From NCBI GenBank assembly GCA_964394295.1, contig CAYMVG010000004.1:27433-91432 (forward strand): a stretch of 64,000 bases of DNA, read 5' to 3'. Source of the stretch: an uncultured Muribaculaceae bacterium (lineage in GTDB: Bacteria; Bacteroidota; Bacteroidia; Bacteroidales; UBA932). Below are positions 20,601-29,137 of the stretch, piece by piece (positions within the stretch are counted from its first letter, which is position 1; every line of letters begins with the position of its first letter). The position numbers and the translations under genes are program-made. Under the pieces are notes generated by a model. That model was not told where the DNA came from, did not search any database, and worked only from the letters and a program-made list of their open reading frames with translations.

Positions 20601-20802
20601 TCAGCTGGTCTTCGACATCCTTTGCCGAAACTCCCGGATAGACTCCGACGACAAGGCCCTCTTTGATTTCAAAGGTCGGGAATTCATCCTTATTGATTGC
20701 CGCAAGGCCGTATATGCCGACAGCAACCAGAATGAAAAGGATGAAATATACAATCTTCTTCTGGGCGATTGAGGCTCGTATGAATTGACCCTGCCGTTGC
20801 AT
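17659..20802 (-). CDS. RND efflux transporter, AcrB/AcrD/AcrF family
   Basis: 1047 aa with two TM bundles, LGMIVDDSI, GIIVRNGI and RRMRPIFLT. Confidence 0.95.
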   Translation of the reverse strand: MQRQGQFIRASIAQKKIVYFILFILVAVGIYGLAAINKDEFPTFEIKEGLVVGVYPGVSAKDVEDQLTKPLEELLFSFSEVNRSTYSYSRDGMCYIYVMLNSPASKKDEVWSKIRHKLNSYKPLLPPGVLAVAVMDDFSSVSSLLIAMESSDKSYGEMEEYADDLSIRLREIPTLANVKVYGTQSEEIAIKMDMERLSAYGISPSGLMFDYQTAGLQFMGGTFRTEYANSPVYIASNVGSEKEIAEKIVYSSPQGDVIRLSDIASVERRYKEPSALVSYNGHTALVLSVEMRPDNNIVAFGREVDRVLQDFSDGLPDSVTVTKITDQPKVVRTSVWSFLRDLVISMLVVIVVMLLLFPARSAMIASTGVPACTAVAIAVMYLTGMSLNTVTLAALIVVLGMIVDDSIITMDGYMDKLGRGMDRVEAACASAKELFMPMLLATAAISLMFFPMLGIISGYLGDFVQSFPWVICIALAASLVYAVTVVPSLEVKYIKSARTDGDGWFARRQEKFFNALQNSYDRLQGVCFRHPYFTILAGVAAIALGILMFLQLNIQMMPMAVRDCFAVEIYLDAGSGLERTREVTDSLEHILLADRRVASVTSFVGTGSPRFHSTYAPKVPAPNFAQLIVNTNTAKETEDVLREYELVYENYFPEAQIRFKQMDYQGATVAPVAVSFKGRDLETMKPYADTLKCFMAGMDNLLKWVHSDCDEYISTVNVSLDPDEAARLGVNRTLLSLSLAGAFNGQTLASVWEGNTKIPVNLYSDAVSDDMSYDVIGNQMISTSLPGVDVPLRQVASVTPGWEPQQIPHTGGRESITVYADMVMGKSQPDAMSHIDAYIKETLGPALPEGVEVSYGGLTGTNNTVIPEIMLSFLCAVAVLFFFLLFHFKKMSLAVLTMALSLLCLFGAFFGLWIFGLDFGMTSVLGLISLVGIIVRNGIIMFEYAEELRFAGGLPVKEAAEEAGRRRMRPIFLTSCTTALGVLPMILSGDSLWMPMGIVICFGTMMSIILIVLVMPVSYWQIFRNAGTQLPDAEKSCCGKQPNQMTI

Positions 20803-21842
20803 TATTCCACGATTTTAACTTTCATGCCGGAACTGACTTTGCCTGCTCCTTCGGTTATGACAAGTTCCCCGTCCTCCAGGCCTTCTGAAACAATGACTCC
20901 CCTGCCGGAAAAGCCTCCTGTGACAACCGGAACCTTCACGGCTCTGCCGTCTCTGACGGCCCAGACATATCTGCCGGCGACATCGGTCTTTATTACAGAG
21001 GCCGGAATGACCGCGGCCTGCAGACCGTTCCCTGTCAGGCTTACCTTGCAGACCATGCCCGGCATCAGGCCGCTGACTGCTGAGGACGGAACGGCTGTGC
21101 ATTCGTAGCTGTGCGCCAGTGCGGAGGCCGCGACTCCTTTTGCGGCAATATGCGCAGGGATATTGTCTTCGCCGAGGGCCGGAACGTTTATGCAGACTTC
21201 CGCCCCGGTCTTTATTGAATTGATTTCGCCTTCGGGAACAGGAAAATGTATCTCAACTGACGATATGTCCATGATTTTGACTACTGGCTCGGCCACAGAG
21301 ACCTCGACACCGGCTTCGGTATACACTTCTCCTATGACTCCGGAGTACGGAGCTTTTACGGTGCAGTCCTCATGTGCTTTGTATGCAGCCTTGTATGCGG
21401 CCTCGGCCTGTCTGAGCTGTGTCTCGACTTCGACCATTTTGACATCGGCTATGCTGCCGCTTTCGTGTACTGCTTTTGCCCTGACATATCCGTCCTTGGC
21501 CTGCTGCAATGCCGCGGAAGCCATTTCCAATGAACTCGCGGCCCGCTGTGAGTTTATGACTGCTATTATGTCTCCTTTGTTCACGGTCTGTCCCTGCCGC
21601 ACTTTCAGTTCGGCCAGTGTGCCGGAGTGCACAGCTGTCAATACAGCGGATTTGGCTGGATGGACGGTGCCGATGTAGGTCTTTGACGCAACGTTTTCTG
21701 CCATGCTGACTTTCGTGACGGTGACGGAGACCGGGGCCTTGGCTGTCTGTGTGTCTTTGGCATGTCTGCCGCAGCCTGTGACGGTGCCTGCCAAAAGGAC
21801 AAGGCATAGTGTTGCGTATATATAATGTTTCAGTATGTTCAT
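20802..21842 (-). CDS. RND periplasmic adaptor (membrane fusion protein)
   Basis: Lipobox VTGC, lipoyl/hairpin pattern (G.L..L.V..GQ.V.KG, APYSG), L.PGM and GL..GE.VI.EG. Confidence 0.92.
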   Translation of the reverse strand: MNILKHYIYATLCLVLLAGTVTGCGRHAKDTQTAKAPVSVTVTKVSMAENVASKTYIGTVHPAKSAVLTAVHSGTLAELKVRQGQTVNKGDIIAVINSQRAASSLEMASAALQQAKDGYVRAKAVHESGSIADVKMVEVETQLRQAEAAYKAAYKAHEDCTVKAPYSGVIGEVYTEAGVEVSVAEPVVKIMDISSVEIHFPVPEGEINSIKTGAEVCINVPALGEDNIPAHIAAKGVAASALAHSYECTAVPSSAVSGLMPGMVCKVSLTGNGLQAAVIPASVIKTDVAGRYVWAVRDGRAVKVPVVTGGFSGRGVIVSEGLEDGELVITEGAGKVSSGMKVKIVE

Positions 21843-21905
21843 GATATTGCTGGTTCCTGTGATAGCTTATCTGAGCGTCCGCAGAGTTGCCTGTAGCCAA
21901 CCGTG

Positions 21906-22529
21906 TCAGTTGTTCTGCTTGGCTACGCAGTCAATCGAGCTGTCCGTTATTTCGTATTCTTTCCCGGCGAAAGTGTAATTGCCCTTGTATTCCAGACGGA
22001 ATATTATGATATTGTCATACCTCTCTCCGTAACCGCAGATCTCCACATCGGCTGCCGGACGTAGCGTATCGGCTGAATAGTTCGCGGGATTGAGCGTAAC
22101 CTGACGGCTGAAAGGAATGATGTTCAGGATCTTTCCGTCTGCTGTGGCATTGAAAGTGACGACTGTGCCTCCGAGGATGTTCATGGTCACGATCATGTCT
22201 CCGGATGCCTTGTCCGCCACGATTATGTCCATCTGGCCGCTTTCCGAAATTATCGGTACTGTCGAAAGCTCTTCCGCAGACCCGGAATTTTCTCCTTCAT
22301 TTTCAGCAGGCCCCTCCGGATCGGTCCGGCCGTCAGATTCGCCTGGCCCATCTGTCTGATTTTCCGGGTCTGCGGGTTCGTCAGCTGCAGCCAATGTCTT
22401 AACTGTCAATGTTCCTCCTGTCTTGAATGTGTAGTTGCCCTTGAATCTCTGCGCGCCCTCTTTTTCGCAGGAGCAGGCCACAAGCAATATCACGGCAACC
22501 GCCGCCATAAGTCTCAGGATATGTTTCAT
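21906..22529 (-). CDS. Lipoprotein of unknown function
   Basis: Lipobox ACSC, beta-rich body and an internal acidic Pro/Gly/Asp/Glu low-complexity loop. Confidence 0.75.
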   Translation of the reverse strand: MKHILRLMAAVAVILLVACSCEKEGAQRFKGNYTFKTGGTLTVKTLAAADEPADPENQTDGPGESDGRTDPEGPAENEGENSGSAEELSTVPIISESGQMDIIVADKASGDMIVTMNILGGTVVTFNATADGKILNIIPFSRQVTLNPANYSADTLRPAADVEICGYGERYDNIIIFRLEYKGNYTFAGKEYEITDSSIDCVAKQNN

Positions 22530-22592
22530 ACTGTCAATGATTATCTTGTCCGTTTCAATAATTGCGAAGTCGCAATTCCCCGTTTCCGGGTT

Positions 22593-22730
22593 ACAAATAT
22601 AGCCAAAAGTCGAGAGTAAACGTCAAATTTATTTGCAAGTTTACCGAGACGCAGGCGTATATATGTGTGAAGCACAAATTGGCCAAAAGTCGAGAGCAGA
22701 CAACAAATTTATTTGATTGTATGCCGAAAT
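22593..22730. repeat. Tandem imperfect palindromic (REP-like) element, 2 copies, 80-bp period
   Basis: GCCAAAAGTCGAGAG at 22602 and 22682, each followed by CAAATTTATTTG and ...CCGA. Confidence 0.8.
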
Positions 22731-22860
22731 GAAGATTCGGAGCAGCGAAGGGTGGAGGATAAATAATTATCACACAGTAATTTACACACTGACAGGTGCC
22801 GGATTTTTGGCACCCGTCAGTACATATTTCACTATCCCTCAACCACTTACCCTCCACCCC

Positions 22861-22915
22861 AATAAAGATAGCGGGCTAAAAGCGTCAAAATTCCACGCTT
22901 TTAGCCCGTTATTTT
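22861..22915 (-). terminator. Intrinsic terminator of the GH97 gene
   Basis: 18-bp near-perfect stem ATAGCGGGCTAAAAGCGT (22868-22885) / ACGCTTTTAGCCCGTTAT (22895-22912). Confidence 0.85.
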
Positions 22916-22932
22916 GCAGATTGGCAGGCCTT

Positions 22933-24873
22933 TTACTTGCTGAGGCGGGCGGCGAAGCCGCCGCCTGGGGCGAGCTTGACTTCGAGCTTGCGGGATGCAG
23001 GAAGGAGGGCTGTTCCTTTCTTGTAGTCGGAAGCTATGCGGTCTGCATTTATTCCGTCCGCAAAGTATTCGACTTTCCAGTCTCCTTCTCCGAGGAAAGA
23101 AAGGTCAAGCTCCATTGTACGTGCATTCCAGTCTGTCATTGCACCGACATACCACACGTCCCCGCTTCTTTTGGCAACTGCCACATACTCGGATACCTTG
23201 GCGTCGAGAGGTACAACCTCATCCCATACCGTAGGCACTTCCGAAATATATTCCATGCTCTCAGGCTCTGCCATATAATTCGACGGAGAATCGCAAAGCA
23301 TGCAGAGCGGTGAGTTGAACACCACATACTCCGCAAGCTGGCGGCAGCGCGTTCCCTGGCTCATCGCCTCGGAATCGACAGCCCTGTAGTTTCTTTTTGT
23401 AGCATTGCGCATCGCTCCCTGAGTGTAGTCCATAGGGCCTGCAACCATACGGATGAAAGGTATGGTCACATCATAGACAACCTGATCGACAGTCGCATTC
23501 CACTTCATGTTCTCAAGGCCGAAAACACCTTCATAATTAATCACATTCGGATAGGTCCTGTCAAGCCCGGCCGGCTTGTAAGTTCCGTGGAAGTCTATCA
23601 TGAGACCGTATTTGGCGGTCATCTCGGCTGCCCTCCTGTGGAAATCAACCATAATCTGGTCATCCCTGTCCATGAAATCCACCTTGAATCCCTTGATACC
23701 CATCTTCGAGTAATGGCGGCAGACATTCTCCATGTCCCTTTCGAATGCCCAGTAGCCGGCCCAGAGAATGAGGCCCACATTGCGCTCGGCTCCGTATGCA
23801 GTCAATTCCTCAAGATCAATTTCAGGAACGACCTTTAAAAGATCCGCTTCCATATTCACAGCCCAGCCCTCATCGAGAATCACATATTCGATACCGTTCC
23901 TGGATGCAAAGTCTATATAGTATTTATATGTGTCGTTGTTGATGCCGGCACGGAAATCCACTCCTTTGATATTCCATGCATTCCACCAGTCCCATGCTAC
24001 CTTGCCAGGCTTCACCCAGCTGAAATCGGCGGCAGGATCGGCAGGCTTCGCCAGCTTATATACCAGCCTGTTCACCAGAAGTTCCTTGTCTGAAGAAGAC
24101 ACGGCAATTACCCTCCATGGGAAAGAGACCGCTCCGTCATACTGCGCGATATAGTTTTCACGGCTGTGAACCACTCCCTGAAGACTGTTGTATCCGCCAT
24201 ATTCTATTTCTTTCGGATAACCGGCATATACACCTTTCACCGATGCCGCTCCCTCTCCGTTATAGAGGAACATTCCCGGATAATTCGTAAGGTCAGACTC
24301 CGTGATACATAATTTTTTGCCGTCGGCTGCATCAACCAGGAGAGGCAGAAACGCAAGCCTGAACTTGTTCCATTCCGATACAGGAGAATATTCGTATATA
24401 TTCTCAAAAGAATTCCTGAACTGACTTTCGAGAGTCTCGGTATGCTGGCATACGTATGCAGCCCACATATTCCAGTCCTCCGGAAAATTGAATACAGCCT
24501 CCTCGGAAGCCACCTTGAAAGGCACTTTCGACTTCGAGACAAACCTGTAGGCAACACCTTCATTGTAGGCACGGAACACGAGATCGTATTTCTGGAACAC
24601 AAATGTAAGTTCATTATAATCCGCACCTCCGGCCTTCACCGCCTTGCGCAGTTTGTCAGAACCGTATACAGTTCCGTCTGTCAGCGTCATGGAAATCCCC
24701 GACGGCGCAATGAGCTGCACACCGTCCTGAACCAAAGTCCATGTAATCTTCTCGCCGAGGGTGATACCGGCAGAAGTTCTTCCGTCCGGCGATACAACGT
24801 TGTAATCTTTCTGTGCGGCAAATGACATAAACACGACAAATGCCGAAGCAAGCAGTAATAATGTTCTTTTCAT
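22933..24873 (-). CDS. Glycoside hydrolase family 97, probably retaining subgroup (alpha-galactosidase-like)
   Basis: SWVKPGKVAWDWW, YIDFAS, ILDEGW, KGFKVDFMDRDDQ, YEGVFGLE and GPMDYTQG. Confidence 0.93.
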   Translation of the reverse strand: MKRTLLLLASAFVVFMSFAAQKDYNVVSPDGRTSAGITLGEKITWTLVQDGVQLIAPSGISMTLTDGTVYGSDKLRKAVKAGGADYNELTFVFQKYDLVFRAYNEGVAYRFVSKSKVPFKVASEEAVFNFPEDWNMWAAYVCQHTETLESQFRNSFENIYEYSPVSEWNKFRLAFLPLLVDAADGKKLCITESDLTNYPGMFLYNGEGAASVKGVYAGYPKEIEYGGYNSLQGVVHSRENYIAQYDGAVSFPWRVIAVSSSDKELLVNRLVYKLAKPADPAADFSWVKPGKVAWDWWNAWNIKGVDFRAGINNDTYKYYIDFASRNGIEYVILDEGWAVNMEADLLKVVPEIDLEELTAYGAERNVGLILWAGYWAFERDMENVCRHYSKMGIKGFKVDFMDRDDQIMVDFHRRAAEMTAKYGLMIDFHGTYKPAGLDRTYPNVINYEGVFGLENMKWNATVDQVVYDVTIPFIRMVAGPMDYTQGAMRNATKRNYRAVDSEAMSQGTRCRQLAEYVVFNSPLCMLCDSPSNYMAEPESMEYISEVPTVWDEVVPLDAKVSEYVAVAKRSGDVWYVGAMTDWNARTMELDLSFLGEGDWKVEYFADGINADRIASDYKKGTALLPASRKLEVKLAPGGGFAARLSK

Positions 24874-24885
24874 TTTTGTGATTAT

Positions 24886-27516
24886 TTATATTCCCATTTT
24901 TTCTTTCATCGACCTGAGCAGGTCAAAAGCCTGCAAAGGAGTCATATTGTTAAGGTCGGCCCCGTCCAGATCATCGCGGAGGGACAGCAGCAGCGGGTCT
25001 TCCAACTGGAAGAACGAAAGCTGCAGCGACCCGTCGCTCTCGACACGGCCCTCCTTGACATTGTGAGGCTTTATCTTCTGCTGCACTGTTGAAGCACAGC
25101 CGTTCTTTTCCAATTGAGAGAGGGTCTTTTCGGCAGACTCCAGGACCTGGCGCGGCATTCCAGCCATCCTCGCTACATGAAGACCGAAACTGTGGGCGAC
25201 ACCTCCTTCCACAAGTTTGCGGAGGAAGATGACATTCTTGCCGACTTCCTTGACAGCGATATGGAAATTCTTCACACGCGGATATATGTCCTCCAGATCA
25301 TTAAGTTCATGATAATGCGTAGCGAACAAAGTCTTGGCCCCGTCACCGTATTCGTGGACATATTCCACAATCGCCCTGGCGATGGACATTCCGTCATATG
25401 TCGAGGTTCCGCGTCCTATTTCGTCCAGAAGCACAAGCGAGCGCGAAGAAAGGTTGTGCAGAATCATCGACGTCTCCAGCATCTCCACCATAAAAGTGGA
25501 CTCGCCGCGCGATATGTTGTCGGAAGCGCCGACACGGGTGAAAATCTTGTCGCAATAGCCGATTGCAGCCTCCGAAGCAGGAACAAACGAACCGACCTGG
25601 GCCATGAGCACTATCAGTGCAGTCTGGCGGAGCAGGGCGGATTTACCGGCCATGTTCGGACCTGTAAGGATGATTATCTGCTGCGACCCGTTGTCAAGAT
25701 AGATGTCGTTAGGAACAAATTCCTCCCCTGCCGACATCATAGTCTCGATTACAGGGTGACGGCCCTGCTTTATGTCGATAACCCTGCTGTCATTCATGAC
25801 AGGACGGCAATATCCGTTTGACACCGCAAGGTCTGCAAAGCCGGCCAGAACGTCAAGCCTCGCGAGAATGCGGCAATTCTTCTGGATTGCCGATATGCTT
25901 TTCTGAATTGCAGACACAAGTTCCGCATAGATTCCCGACTCTATCGCATATATCCTTTCCTCTGCACCGAGAATCTTCTGTTCATATTCCTTAAGTTCCT
26001 CTGTAATATACCTTTCAGCATTCACCAAAGTCTGCTTCCTTATCCATTCAGGCGGTACTTTGTCCTTGGACGTGTTCCTGACTTCGAGATAATATCCGAA
26101 CACGCTGTTGAAGCCTATCTTTAATGCAGGAATACCGGTACGCTCGGATTCACGCTTCTGTATTTCAAGCAGATAATCCTTGCCGTGACGTGCAAGCCGC
26201 CTCAGTTCGTCAAGTTCCTCAGATACACCGGGAGCGATAACATCCCCCTTGCCCACGGCTGCGGCTGTCTCCGGGTGCATCGTCCGGCCGAGATAGTCCA
26301 GCAAGTCCGAACAGTCGCTCATCCCGCCCATCATGGCATCGAGCGGCCCGACGCCTTTTCCGGTACACATAAGCCTTATTGGGCCGGACTGTCCAAGACC
26401 TCTGCGAAGCTGCATGACCTCACGCGGCATTATCTTTCCGGCTGCGGCACGCGATATTATCCTTTCAAGATCCCCTATGTCACCTATCATGGACCGGAGA
26501 CGGGAAAGTTCATCCCTGTTGTCCACGAAATACTGCACGACAGAGTGCCTGTCTTCCAGTTCCTTAAGGTCCATTACAGGCATCGCCAGCCATGTGCGGA
26601 GCATACGCGCCCCCATAGGAGACGAGCATTTGTCCATAACCTCAACCAGAGACACACCCTCCTTGCCTGCCGAGGATGCGAAAATCTCCAGATTGCGGAA
26701 AGTGAACCTGTCCATCCATACGAAAGTCCCTTCATCGATGCGGGACAGCGAGCAGATATTTGACAGGCCAGCGTGCTGCGTCTGTTCCAGATATACAAGC
26801 AGAGCACCGGCAGAAGTCACGCCGAGAGGGAAATTGTCTATTGCGAATCCTTTGAGGGAATCGACACGGAGCTGCCTCTTGAGTTTTTCTACCGAACTGT
26901 CATATACGAAAGCCCATTCCTCAAGGGTCGATATGTAATAACTGTCGCCGTAGCGCTCCCTGACGCCTTTCTCATATCCGCGCGGCACAAGAAGTTCCTT
27001 GGGTGCGAATGAGCTGAGAAGAGTCCCGATATAATCCAAAGAACCTTCCGCCACCTGGAAGTTGCCTGTGGACACATCCAGAAAGGCCGCACCGCACTTG
27101 TCTTTGCTGAATGTCAGTCCGGCGATGAAATTGTATTCTTTCTGCTCCAGAAGCTGCTCGCTGAATGCGATTCCCGGAGTCACGAGTTCGGTTATGCCTC
27201 TTTTGACGATTTTCTTGGTCAGTTTGGGATCTTCGAGCTGGTCGCATACAGCGACTTTGTAGCCTGCCCGGACAAGACGCGGAAGATAATTTTCGAGAGA
27301 ATGATATGGGAAACCTGCCATCGGAATGGAGTCCGGAGCGGCATTGGAACGTTTTGTAAGTACGATTCCGAGAACTTTGCTTGCAGTAAGGGCATCGTCG
27401 CCGTAAGTTTCGTAAAAGTCCCCGCACCGGAACAGAAGCAATGCCTCCGGATGCTCGGCCTTTACAGAAAAAAACTGCTTCATCATCGGCGTCTCGGTCG
27501 TTTTCTTTTCTGCCAT
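24886..27516 (-). CDS. mutS: DNA mismatch repair protein MutS
   Basis: TPMMKQF, FRCGDFYE, GPNMAGKS, STFMVEM, DEIGRGTST and FATHYHEL. Start set at MAEKK. Confidence 0.98.
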   Translation of the reverse strand: MAEKKTTETPMMKQFFSVKAEHPEALLLFRCGDFYETYGDDALTASKVLGIVLTKRSNAAPDSIPMAGFPYHSLENYLPRLVRAGYKVAVCDQLEDPKLTKKIVKRGITELVTPGIAFSEQLLEQKEYNFIAGLTFSKDKCGAAFLDVSTGNFQVAEGSLDYIGTLLSSFAPKELLVPRGYEKGVRERYGDSYYISTLEEWAFVYDSSVEKLKRQLRVDSLKGFAIDNFPLGVTSAGALLVYLEQTQHAGLSNICSLSRIDEGTFVWMDRFTFRNLEIFASSAGKEGVSLVEVMDKCSSPMGARMLRTWLAMPVMDLKELEDRHSVVQYFVDNRDELSRLRSMIGDIGDLERIISRAAAGKIMPREVMQLRRGLGQSGPIRLMCTGKGVGPLDAMMGGMSDCSDLLDYLGRTMHPETAAAVGKGDVIAPGVSEELDELRRLARHGKDYLLEIQKRESERTGIPALKIGFNSVFGYYLEVRNTSKDKVPPEWIRKQTLVNAERYITEELKEYEQKILGAEERIYAIESGIYAELVSAIQKSISAIQKNCRILARLDVLAGFADLAVSNGYCRPVMNDSRVIDIKQGRHPVIETMMSAGEEFVPNDIYLDNGSQQIIILTGPNMAGKSALLRQTALIVLMAQVGSFVPASEAAIGYCDKIFTRVGASDNISRGESTFMVEMLETSMILHNLSSRSLVLLDEIGRGTSTYDGMSIARAIVEYVHEYGDGAKTLFATHYHELNDLEDIYPRVKNFHIAVKEVGKNVIFLRKLVEGGVAHSFGLHVARMAGMPRQVLESAEKTLSQLEKNGCASTVQQKIKPHNVKEGRVESDGSLQLSFFQLEDPLLLSLRDDLDGADLNNMTPLQAFDLLRSMKEKMGI

Positions 27517-27612
27517 ATATCGAGTATTCTGCAACCTGTCCCTAAATCCGGAACGGTCGTCCATAGTTTGTAAAATGTTGCGCCGCACACGCATTTTTGC
27601 GGACGTATTCTG

Positions 27613-27620
27613 CAAATTTA
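27613..27620 (-). promoter_or_regulatory. -7 promoter box for mutS
   Basis: TAAATTTG on the minus strand in the divergent intergenic region. Confidence 0.5.
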
Positions 27621-27793
27621 CCAAATTATCACGATTATCCGGCATTTTCGTGAATCTAATCGATATATTTTGTGTGACATTTTCTGCAATTCTGTCCTTG
27701 TCCGGACATGATTTCATGTTTCAACTGATTATTTTTCGTATTTTTGTTGGATGTCTGACGGCACGGTGTATTGCCGGTTCGGAAAACACGTAT

Positions 27794-29134
27794 ATGAAAA
27801 GAGCACTTATAATAACATATTACTGGCCGCCTACAGGAGGGTCCGGGGTTCAACGTTGGGTCAAATTTGCCAAATATCTGCCGCAGGAGGGCTGGCAGCC
27901 GGTGATTTACACTCCGCTCAACCCGGAGGCAATCACAAAAGATCCGTCACTGGAGGCGGAGATTCCGCGGGAGGCAGAAATAATCAAATGGAAAATCTTT
28001 GAGCCATACGAAATATACCGTGCACTTACAGGGGCATGGAAGTCAAACGGCAAGGCCTCATACAAACAGAAAGACGAAGTAAACCCCATAAATTCCGGAA
28101 AGAAAAGCACCGGCAAAAAAATATCATTGTGGATAAGGGGGAACTGCTTCATTCCGGATCCGAGGTGCATGTGGGTGCGCCCTTCGGTAAGATTCCTGAA
28201 AAAATATCTTCGGGAGCATCCTGTGGATGTGATAGTGAGCACAGGTCCCCCGCATTCAATGCATCTGATTGCAGAAAAACTGTCAGGGGCGACAGGCATT
28301 CCGTGGATTGCGGACTTCCGCGACCCGTGGACCACAATGTTTTATTTCAAACATTTGTCCCTCGGACACAGAGCGGAAAGGATTCACAAAAGACTTGAAA
28401 AGCAGGTTCTGGACAAAGCAACGGTTGTGGTTGCAGTGTCTCCTTCGGTCAAGGAGGAGTTCGAATCCAAGACAGCGACACCGATAAAACTTGTCACAAA
28501 CGGCTTTGACGAATGTGATTTCGAGAACACGGCAGCAGAATCTGACGGATATTTCAATATCACGCACACAGGACTGTTTGCAGCGGACGGAAACCCGGAG
28601 ACATTGTGGGAAGTCCTGTCTGAAAAGTGTTCCGAAAACCCGGAATTTGCAAAAAAACTGAGAATAAGGCTGACCGGAAAGACCGACAGGGAAATCATAC
28701 AATCCATAGAAACGGCAAAGCTCGGAACCAATCTTGTCAATCTTGGCTATCAGCCTCATTCCGTGGCTGTGAGTGAACAGAAGGCTGCATCCCTGCTCAT
28801 ACTTCCGCTCAGGAAAGAACCGGAATACAAGGCGACGCTTCCGGGAAAGCTGTTTGAATATCTCGCGTCGGGCAATCCGATACTCGGCATCGGGCAGACC
28901 GACGGGGCCATGGCTCAGATAATTGACGATACAGGTGCAGGAACGATGTCTGAGTGGGAAGACAAGGACACGATAAGCCGCTGTGTCGACAGCCGCTGGA
29001 AACTGTTCTGCAACGGGACAAAAACAGAATATGCAAAAGACATAAAGCGTTTCTCGCGCCGCTCGCTTACACATGAAATGGCGGCACTCATGGACTCGCT
29101 GCTGCCGGAACAACAAGATTTTACAAAACAATAA
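27794..29134 (+). CDS. Glycosyltransferase family 4
   Basis: ITYYWPPTGGSGVQRW.KF, STGPPHS, ADFRDPW, TNGFD and PGKLFEY. Confidence 0.9.
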   Translation: MKRALIITYYWPPTGGSGVQRWVKFAKYLPQEGWQPVIYTPLNPEAITKDPSLEAEIPREAEIIKWKIFEPYEIYRALTGAWKSNGKASYKQKDEVNPINSGKKSTGKKISLWIRGNCFIPDPRCMWVRPSVRFLKKYLREHPVDVIVSTGPPHSMHLIAEKLSGATGIPWIADFRDPWTTMFYFKHLSLGHRAERIHKRLEKQVLDKATVVVAVSPSVKEEFESKTATPIKLVTNGFDECDFENTAAESDGYFNITHTGLFAADGNPETLWEVLSEKCSENPEFAKKLRIRLTGKTDREIIQSIETAKLGTNLVNLGYQPHSVAVSEQKAASLLILPLRKEPEYKATLPGKLFEYLASGNPILGIGQTDGAMAQIIDDTGAGTMSEWEDKDTISRCVDSRWKLFCNGTKTEYAKDIKRFSRRSLTHEMAALMDSLLPEQQDFTKQ

Positions 29135-29137
29135 CCG

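Noticed and set aside
22593-22760. Possible mini CRISPR array
   Set aside because: Only two degenerate copies, the intervening sequence is itself similar and palindromic, and there are no cas genes.
22717-23313. 198-aa plus-strand ORF
   Set aside because: Runs through hairpins and a terminator and then antisense into GH97. No protein-like features.
27517-27793. Long N-terminal extensions of mutS (to 27717) and GT4 (from 27575) that overlap each other
   Set aside because: Recognisable protein starts at MAEKK and MKRAL, and the region contains divergent -7 boxes, so these are open-frame run-ons.
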